This document shows positions 1 through 6,536 of a stretch of DNA of 16,887 nucleotides, in pieces. A program made the position numbers and the translations under genes. The DNA lies in assembly GCA_049424145.1 (NCBI GenBank), contig JBMSSC010000055.1, positions 1-16,887 of the forward strand, written 5' to 3'. The DNA comes from Bdellovibrionia bacterium. Lineage in GTDB: Bacteria; Bdellovibrionota; UBA1018. A model generated the notes under the pieces. The model had not been told where the DNA came from. It searched no databases and saw nothing but the letters and a program-made list of their open reading frames with translations. Every line of letters starts with the position of its first letter. The stretch's first letter is position 1.

Positions 1-1286
1 GATAAATCGATCACCTTTGGGGTGATTTGATTCAAGGTACTGCGATTGCCCACTTGACCGTTTGAATTTCCTCCCCAGCAAAGAAGAGATCCCCCACTCG
101 TCATGCCACAAGTATGGTACCCGCCTGCACTCAGGGAGACGAAAGAAGTGGTGGAGCTCACCTGAACCGGCGAGTTTCTTTGTGTGGTGGTTCCATCTCC
201 CAATTGCCCAGCGCTATTATCACCCCAGCAGACCATAGATCCAGAGCCAGTTATTGCGCAGGTATGGGCAGAACCTGCGGCAAGGGAGATAAAAGAAGTG
301 GTGGAGCTCACCTGAACCGGCGAGTTTCTTTGTGTGGTTGTACCGTCTCCGAGTTGGCCAGTTCTATTACGCCCCCAACACTCAATCGATCCAGAGATTG
401 TGATTCCGCAGGAATGTGAGGATCCTGCCGCAAGAGCGATGTAGGGTGTTGTGGAGTTGACCTGGACGGGCGAGATCTGAAATGGAGTACTGCTCCCCAT
501 GCCGAGTTGCCCATACGTGTTATCACCCCAACACTCGATTGGACCCGAACTTCTGATCCCGCAGCTGTGAGAAGCCCCTGCTACAACAGCGACATAGGTG
601 CTAGTGGAATTGATTTGTACAGGGGAGCTTTGAGACGGTGTACTGCTCCCAACTCCGAGTTGCCCAGATGTGTTATTTCCCCAACATTGTATCAAACCAG
701 AGCCTGTGATTCCACAGGTATGCGAACCTCCTGCCGAAACAGCAATAAACGCACTCGTGGAATTGACCTGGACAGGGGAGCTTTGAGACGGAGTACTGCT
801 CCCCAAACCGAGTTGCCCATACGTGTTATCACCCCAACACCGGAGTATTCCTGAGTTTGCGATCCCGCAGGAATGAGAGTTCCCTGTTGCAACTGATAAG
901 TAGGCAGTCGTTGAATTGATAGCGACTGGAAAAGTCTGATCTCCACTAAGAGAACCATTACCCACCTGTCCAGAGGAATTGCTACCCCAACATTTAAGAA
1001 CTCCACGATTTGTAATTCCGCAAGAATGGTATGCTCCCCCAGACACTTTTGAGTAAGGGGTACCAGTCCTTTGAGCCTTAAGAAACATTCCGATATTAAA
1101 TCCGGCAGAAGTTTTCCCTGGAAAGATCACAATCACTAAAATAGAGACCCACCCAAGCCGCTTTAAGACTCGCTGAGACTCCGCTACCCGACTCACGAAA
1201 TCTAAAAACACTTGCAGGCTCTTCTCCAGTAAGCTCTTCTGAAAAGGAACACCATAAAGGGGTTTTGACCTTCCATTAAGACTCAT
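1..1286 (-). CDS. RCC1/BLIP-II-like repeat (7-bladed beta-propeller) protein, probably exported or membrane-anchored; 3'-partial
   Basis: Manual translation from ATG at 1286 stays open to the window edge (~428 aa). It reads MSLNGRSK...KRLGWVSILVIVIFPGKTSAGF (basic residues plus a hydrophobic stretch), then seven ~50-51 aa repeats of the form G-x-x-H[ST]C[GA][IM]-x3-G-x3-CWG-x-N-x2-GQ[LV]G-x-G...P. The start could instead be a downstream GTG (e.g. 1196). Confidence 0.9.
   Translation of the reverse strand, partial: MSLNGRSKPLYGVPFQKSLLEKSLQVFLDFVSRVAESQRVLKRLGWVSILVIVIFPGKTSAGFNIGMFLKAQRTGTPYSKVSGGAYHSCGITNRGVLKCWGSNSSGQVGNGSLSGDQTFPVAINSTTAYLSVATGNSHSCGIANSGILRCWGDNTYGQLGLGSSTPSQSSPVQVNSTSAFIAVSAGGSHTCGITGSGLIQCWGNNTSGQLGVGSSTPSQSSPVQINSTSTYVAVVAGASHSCGIRSSGPIECWGDNTYGQLGMGSSTPFQISPVQVNSTTPYIALAAGSSHSCGITISGSIECWGRNRTGQLGDGTTTQRNSPVQVSSTTSFISLAAGSAHTCAITGSGSMVCWGDNSAGQLGDGTTTQRNSPVQVSSTTSFVSLSAGGYHTCGMTSGGSLLCWGGNSNGQVGNRSTLNQITPKVIDL
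133..840. repeat. Near-identical DNA blocks among the RCC1 coding repeats (150-153 bp period)
   Basis: 142-188 = 292-338 (47 bp identical). 484-534 vs 790-840 match at 49/51, including 33 identical bp (502-534 = 808-840). 619-638 = 772-791 (20 bp identical). Confidence 0.9.
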
Positions 1287-1289
1287 GAA

Positions 1290-1440
1290 AATTCATCCAA
1301 AAAAAAAGAAAAAAGTACAAATTAATACATTTATATTGTACCTATTATCCATAAATTTTTATAGCAATTTTAAATATAAATATAACAATAATTAAAACAC
1401 CCTAGATACCCTAAGATAACCAAATAAAAACAAGATCTTA
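1290..1440. promoter_or_regulatory. AT-rich upstream region of the RCC1-repeat gene containing an inverted repeat
   Basis: Much more AT-rich than the flanking coding DNA. Contains GTACAA(1315-1320)-N15-TTGTAC(1336-1341). No unambiguous -35/-10 pair could be assigned. Confidence 0.4.
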
Positions 1441-1999
1441 CTCGGCAAGACACATTCTAATCTTCAATCATTCAAACAAGACCGTTGCGATCCCTACGAC
1501 TCTGCTTGGCGTCCAAATTTTCTAAGCCTCCCTAGTGACAAGAGACGGCTCATGCCTTCCGACTCGTCGGATGCTCTGGATTCCTTAAAAGTGAAAAAAA
1601 AGGAAGCAGACTATCGCAGTCTGGAGAGATCGGTTTTTTTGTCACGTTATTCATGGTGACTTCTGACCCTCAGTCGATCCGCCCCTGATCAGCGAATTCA
1701 AAATTTTTACCCAAGATGCGTCCACGACTCTCAGGCAGCCTAGGTTCTCACAAAGATGATTAACCATCAAAGACTGACCCAGCAGCTTCTATCCCCTCAC
1801 GGGCCCAGGCTCATTTTGCGGTATTCACTCAGGGTCCAGCTGAGGCTTGGCCTTCGTCACCATGTCTGTGTGGACTCAGCTTTAACCCTAGATTGAGCCC
1901 AGGTCTAAGACATTTTATGACCCCTCAGTAGACTCAAAATTTTCCTGCGCTTCTCACAAACGTATTTTAAACAATAGTCCCCCATCTGCAGATGAGATT

Positions 2000-2021
2000 A
2001 AGCGCAGCCCTTGCGCTTTTT
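2000..2021 (+). terminator. Intrinsic terminator-like hairpin upstream of the oxidoreductase gene
   Basis: AAGCGCA(2000-2006)-GCCCT-TGCGCTT(2012-2018), with a T5 tract at 2017-2021. Confidence 0.5.
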
Positions 2022-2122
2022 GAGTAAAAAGGTAAAACAACGAGAAGTCCTTGCGATCCAAAAACCAGGCATACTCAGTTGAACCAAAGGGCAGACAACC
2101 AAAAAACCGAAAGGGCAGAATT

Positions 2123-3166
2123 TTGAAACACTCTCTTCAGATCTCTCATTTTGGCGGCCCCGAATGTTTAAAACTCATCTCCAGTGAGTCGAATCCGCTT
2201 TCCCCTCACACCGTGCGCGTGAAGGTCAAGGCCTCAGGGGTCAATTTTGCAGACATTATGATGAGAATGGGACTTTACCCGGAAGCACCGAAGCCCCCCT
2301 TTGTGCCGGGCTATGAGATCTCAGGGACAATTACGGAGATTGGTCCCCAGGTCAAATCCCTTCAGGTGGGAGACCGAGTGTTCGGGGGCTGCCGATTTGG
2401 AGGCTACACCACTGAGATCGTTCTTCCGGAGTCTCAACTCAGAAGAATTCCCGAAAGATTATCAGACCAAGAAGCAGCCGGGATCCCGGTGAATTTTCTC
2501 ACCGCCTGGTTTGCACTGATGGAGATGGCCCGCGTCAGAAAAAATGACCGTGTCCTGATTCACAGTGCCGCTGGGGGAGTGGGAACTGCTGCCGTTCAAA
2601 TGGCCGCGCAGGTGGGAGCTCAGGTGGTGGGCTTAGTGGGCTCTGAGGGAAAGAAGGCCATTGTCCGCTCCCTGGGGGCTCAAGAGGTCATCCTCAATTC
2701 GGAGTGGGAGGGCTGCAGTGATTCTGAGGCCGGGGGATTTGATCTCATCTTAGATCCCACAGGAGGAGCGAGCTTAAAAAGGAGCCTACGGCGTCTTTTA
2801 CCCTCCGGGCGCTTGGTCAATTACGGAGCCTCAAGCTTAGTGGGAGGAGAAAGAAGGTCTCTTTTTCGTCTCTTACGCTTTGCCACACAAACGACGTTTT
2901 TCACTCCCTTTGGCCTCATGATGGGAAATCAAGGCGTCTTTGGGCTGAATCTTCTCCAACTCTTCTCCGAGGCGGAACACCCAGAGCATCCAAGTCGGTT
3001 AGAGGCGGCTTTGGACCTGCTACTTGAAAAATTTAAAGACGGGAGTTACAAAGTCATTCTAGGACAAACGTTTCCGCTGACGGAGGGAGGAGCAGCACAT
3101 CAGACCCTGCAAAGTCGATCCAATATCGGCAAAATTATTTTGACGGCAGATGAAGCGTTACCTTGA
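2123..3166 (+). CDS. NADPH:quinone oxidoreductase / VAT-1-like medium-chain dehydrogenase-reductase (zinc-independent type)
   Basis: Motifs FGGPECL, VKASGVNFADIMMRMGLYP, FVPGYEISG, nucleotide-binding HSAAGGVGTAA and C-terminal SRSNIGKIIL; no catalytic Zn Cys/His set. Start moved from 2051 to TTG 2123 because AAGGG lies at 2111-2115 and the family-like N-terminus begins there (347 aa). Confidence 0.88.
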   Translation: MKHSLQISHFGGPECLKLISSESNPLSPHTVRVKVKASGVNFADIMMRMGLYPEAPKPPFVPGYEISGTITEIGPQVKSLQVGDRVFGGCRFGGYTTEIVLPESQLRRIPERLSDQEAAGIPVNFLTAWFALMEMARVRKNDRVLIHSAAGGVGTAAVQMAAQVGAQVVGLVGSEGKKAIVRSLGAQEVILNSEWEGCSDSEAGGFDLILDPTGGASLKRSLRRLLPSGRLVNYGASSLVGGERRSLFRLLRFATQTTFFTPFGLMMGNQGVFGLNLLQLFSEAEHPEHPSRLEAALDLLLEKFKDGSYKVILGQTFPLTEGGAAHQTLQSRSNIGKIILTADEALP

Positions 3167-3190
3167 CAAAGTTCAACTTAAAATTAACTT
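3163..3190 (+). promoter_or_regulatory. Putative sigma70-type promoter for the ABC module
   Basis: TTGACA at 3163-3168 (overlapping the upstream TGA stop), 16-nt spacer, TAACTT at 3185-3190. RBS GAGGT at 3221-3225 precedes ATG 3232. Confidence 0.55.
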
Positions 3191-3231
3191 TAGATTCAAT
3201 TCATGAATCGGCACTTAATTGAGGTCATCTT

Positions 3232-4176
3232 ATGATCGAGGTTTCACACCTGACTAAGCTTTACGGGCCTAGGCCTGCTATTTCTGATCTGAATTTTAAA
3301 ATTGGAAAAGGTGAAATTGTCGGATTTCTAGGTCCAAACGGCGCCGGAAAAAGTACGACAATGAAAATTCTCACTGGATTTATGCCCGCAACAGAGGGCA
3401 AAGCTCAAGTAGCGGGTTTTGATGTTTTTGAAAACCCCATTGAGGTGAAAAGAAACATTGGATTTCTCCCTGAGAACCCGCCTGTTTACCCGGAAATGGC
3501 TGTAAAAGACTACCTCACTTTTGCGGCGCGTCTTCACCAGGTACCCCACGCTAAAATCACACAAGCCGTGGATAGTGCTCTGGAGAGAACAGGCTTAGGC
3601 GAAGTCAAAAAACGCCTCATTGGTAATCTCTCCAAAGGGTACCGTCAACGCGTGGGACTTGCCCAAGCTTTGGTTCACAACCCCCAGGTTTTAATCTTAG
3701 ATGAACCCACAGTGGGATTAGACCCCAAACAGATCATTGAAATCCGTGAACTCATCAAGAGCTTAAGCGGGGATCACACGGTGGTTTTAAGCTCTCACAT
3801 CCTTCCTGAAGTCACCGCCACCTGTCAGCGCATCATCGTCATTAACCGAGGAAAGATTGTTGCTGAGGACAGCATTGAGAAGCTCACCGCCCACGCCAAC
3901 CGAGGGGTTCTCTATGGACTGCTCGTAAGAAACCCCCACGCTGCAGGCATCGAGGCGCTAAAGAAGATCCCCGGAGTCACGACCATCACCGCATCGGGCC
4001 CCAAGCTTTTAATTGAACTCCAATCGGGGTCCAAGGACGTCCGCGAGCAAATGGTTGAAACGGCCATGAATGAGAAAATGGGGGTATTAGAATTCAGCGC
4101 AGAAAAACTCAGCCTCGAGGAGGTTTTCCTGCAACTGACCACGAATGAAAGCTCAAGCCATTCTCAAGGAGGCTGA
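3232..4176 (+). CDS. ABC transporter ATP-binding protein, GldA-like
   Basis: Walker A GPNGAGKST, signature LSKGYRQ, Walker B ILDEPT and H-loop SSHIL, plus a C-terminal extension ending SLEEVFLQLT. Confidence 0.93.
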   Translation: MIEVSHLTKLYGPRPAISDLNFKIGKGEIVGFLGPNGAGKSTTMKILTGFMPATEGKAQVAGFDVFENPIEVKRNIGFLPENPPVYPEMAVKDYLTFAARLHQVPHAKITQAVDSALERTGLGEVKKRLIGNLSKGYRQRVGLAQALVHNPQVLILDEPTVGLDPKQIIEIRELIKSLSGDHTVVLSSHILPEVTATCQRIIVINRGKIVAEDSIEKLTAHANRGVLYGLLVRNPHAAGIEALKKIPGVTTITASGPKLLIELQSGSKDVREQMVETAMNEKMGVLEFSAEKLSLEEVFLQLTTNESSSHSQGG

Positions 4177-4178
4177 TC

Positions 4179-4943
4179 ATGAGAAACACTTGGACGATTG
4201 CTAGAAAAGATTTTCATACGTACTTTACTTCCCCCATTGCCTACATTGTCATTGCAGGCTTCTTGGGACTCATGGGGTGGTTTTTCTTTTTCATCCTCTC
4301 TCATTTTGCGCTTGAGAATTTGAAATACCAGCAATTCAACTTAGGCAAAGGCCTCTCGATTACCGAGGGAATCATTCATCCGCTATTTGGAAACATGAAT
4401 GTGATTTTTCTTTTCCTCGTCCCTTTTATTACGATGAGGCTTTTTGCCGAGGAAAAGAAGCTCCATACCATTGAGCTACTCATGACTTCACCGGTGAGCT
4501 TACTTGAGGTGATTTTAGGCAAGTTCCTCTCTTCACTCATGCTGATTTCCGTCATGCTGCTTTTAACCACGGTCTACCCCATCATCTTATGGGCGACAGG
4601 AAACCCTGAACTCGGCCCGATTTGTACGAGCTACTTAGGCACTTTCCTTCTTTGCTGTTGCTATCTTTCGACCGGGATCTTGTTTTCTGCCTTAACCGAG
4701 AATCAAATCGTTGCCGGGATCCTCACCTTTTCTGCGGGTCTATTCTTTTGGATCATCAGCTGGGCCTCTCAATCGGCCGGGGCGGTCTGGGGTGACTTTT
4801 TCAACTACTTGTCATTAATTGGGCATTATTCGAACTTTGGGAAAGGCTTGCTCGATTCTAGTGATGCGATCTTTTACCTCTCGTTCACTGGGATTGGACT
4901 TTTCCTAACGCATCGAGTTTTAGACTCCTACCGTTGGAGGTAA
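4179..4943 (+). CDS. ABC-2 type permease, GldF-like
   Basis: About six hydrophobic segments; motifs YFTSPIAY, PFITMRLFAEEKK..TIELLMTSP, ILGKF and SALTENQIVA. RBS AGGAGG at 4168-4173. Confidence 0.9.
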   Translation: MRNTWTIARKDFHTYFTSPIAYIVIAGFLGLMGWFFFFILSHFALENLKYQQFNLGKGLSITEGIIHPLFGNMNVIFLFLVPFITMRLFAEEKKLHTIELLMTSPVSLLEVILGKFLSSLMLISVMLLLTTVYPIILWATGNPELGPICTSYLGTFLLCCCYLSTGILFSALTENQIVAGILTFSAGLFFWIISWASQSAGAVWGDFFNYLSLIGHYSNFGKGLLDSSDAIFYLSFTGIGLFLTHRVLDSYRWR

Positions 4944-4949
4944 AAAATC

Positions 4950-6497
4950 ATGTTAAAAGAGAATCAAAAACACTTTACGCCTCTTTTAGGTCTGGCTGCA
5001 GTGATCTGTTTCATCGGTCTGCTCATGAGCCGAGCGCTCTACCCCGAGCTTTTAGCACCTACGTTGATTTCTACGGCTCTGCTCTTGGCAGCCCTGGCGG
5101 GTTTGTTCTGGGAGAATCAAAAGGCATTAAGAAGTCGAAGCGCCACTTACGGACTCAACTCAGCCATCACCATCCTTCTTGTGATCAGCATTGTGGGGGT
5201 CCTGAACTTCTTAAGCTCTCGCTACCCTTATAAACTGGATCTGACCAAAAATCAGGTCCACACTTTGTCGAGCCAAACCACTCAGCTGGTGCGCGGTTTA
5301 AAACAGCCCGTTAAAGCCACCTTGTTTTCTAAGCTCCAGCAGAAGGAGCAATTTTGGCCGCTTTTGAAAAACTACCAAAGCTTAAACCCCAAATTTGAGC
5401 TCGAATTTGTGAACCTCGACACGGAGCCTTCACGCGTCAGACAAGCGGGCATTAAGCGCTACGACACACTGCAACTCACCTTCGGAAGCAAAGAAAGCAA
5501 GATTGAAGAACCCAACGAAGAAAAAATCACCAATGCCTTAATTAAGCTCTTCAAGGACAAAGTGCCCACGCTCTGCGCAGTGACTGGACATGGAGAAAAA
5601 AGCTTCGCTTCATCTGAGGCCGAAGGATACCAGTCCATTAAGAACTACCTCACCGACCAGTCTTACCAGGTGAAGGACTTAAACCTGCTGGAATCCAACC
5701 AGGTGCCTGAGAGCTGCGATGCCGTGGCGATTATCGGCCCCACGAAGGCTTTCTTTGAGGCCGAGGCTCGAATCCTCAGGGACTACTTTGCGCAAGGCGG
5801 TCGAGGCGTCATGGCCCTCGATGTCAATATCCGAGGCCAAGAGTACGCCCCTGAGCTGCTCCCTCTATTATCGGACTGGTCCGTCCAACCGCTGCATGCT
5901 CTCATTGTGGACCCAAGCTCCAGGCTCTTAGGCGTGGATGCTTCGGTCGCCTTAGTGAAGGCTTTCTCCAAAGCTAGCCCCATCACCCGTGACATTCAAG
6001 GCGGCAGTGCATTTCCTTTAGCTCGTCCGCTGAAGATTCTCGCAAATGCACCGGCTAGCGTCAAAGTAGAATGGCTTGCTCAGACTTCCACTGCTAGCTG
6101 GGGAGTGACCGATCTGAAGCTCATTCAAAAGGGCGAAGCACGCTTTGATCCCGCACGCGATGAAAAGGGCCCCTTAAACACGGCCTTGGCAATTGAGGGA
6201 AAACTCAAAGATTCCAAAGCTTCAAAAAACACTCGACTCGTCGTTTTTGGAACCTCCTCGTTAGCCACCAATAACTACTCCCGCTTTGCAGGGAATTTAG
6301 ATTTCTTCCTCAACTCCGTTTCCTGGGTTTTAGAGGACGAAAGCTTAATCTCCATTCGAAGCAAAGAGGATGGACCGGGAAAAGTGGAGCTCTCAGAAAA
6401 AGCCGGGCACTTCATCGCCCTGCTGACGATCCTCATTCTCCCTTTTGTGATCTCCATTGGAGGAGTCACCCTCTGGGCAATTCGGCGTAAACTTTAG
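4950..6497 (+). CDS. GldG-like ABC transporter auxiliary component
   Basis: Three N-terminal TM segments, DLTKNQVHTLS, TGHGE, IIGP, RLVVFG..NLDFFLNSVSW, and a C-terminal TM segment followed by RRK. Follows the GldA/GldF-like genes. Confidence 0.85.
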   Translation: MLKENQKHFTPLLGLAAVICFIGLLMSRALYPELLAPTLISTALLLAALAGLFWENQKALRSRSATYGLNSAITILLVISIVGVLNFLSSRYPYKLDLTKNQVHTLSSQTTQLVRGLKQPVKATLFSKLQQKEQFWPLLKNYQSLNPKFELEFVNLDTEPSRVRQAGIKRYDTLQLTFGSKESKIEEPNEEKITNALIKLFKDKVPTLCAVTGHGEKSFASSEAEGYQSIKNYLTDQSYQVKDLNLLESNQVPESCDAVAIIGPTKAFFEAEARILRDYFAQGGRGVMALDVNIRGQEYAPELLPLLSDWSVQPLHALIVDPSSRLLGVDASVALVKAFSKASPITRDIQGGSAFPLARPLKILANAPASVKVEWLAQTSTASWGVTDLKLIQKGEARFDPARDEKGPLNTALAIEGKLKDSKASKNTRLVVFGTSSLATNNYSRFAGNLDFFLNSVSWVLEDESLISIRSKEDGPGKVELSEKAGHFIALLTILILPFVISIGGVTLWAIRRKL

Positions 6498-6536
6498 GCA
6501 AAAAAAATTCACTCATCACCGAGGAGTTCACTTCAT

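Noticed and set aside
133..840. Spaced direct repeats resembling a CRISPR array or a DGR template/variable pair
   Set aside because: The period is 150-153 bp and in frame within a protein, the intervening sequences are homologous to each other, the mismatches are not adenine-specific, and no cas or reverse transcriptase gene is in the window.
114..1006. ORF-track entries 114..419 (+), 507..854 (+), 308..526 (-) and 692..1006 (-)
   Set aside because: Antisense or off-frame shadows of the RCC1-repeat gene; their internal repeats simply mirror it.
1558..1645. Small hairpins TCCGAC/GTCGGA and CAGACT/AGTCTG flanked by A8 and T7 tracts, as a bidirectional terminator
   Set aside because: The stems are short and the tracts are separated from the stem by 5-10 nt.
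1552..1896. Short + strand ORFs in the intergenic region (1552..1659, 35 aa; 1756..1896, 46 aa)
   Set aside because: No convincing RBS, recognisable motif or leader-peptide codon run.
2051..2122. N-terminal extension of the oxidoreductase in the ORF track
   Set aside because: No family similarity; a better start with an SD-like sequence lies at TTG 2123.
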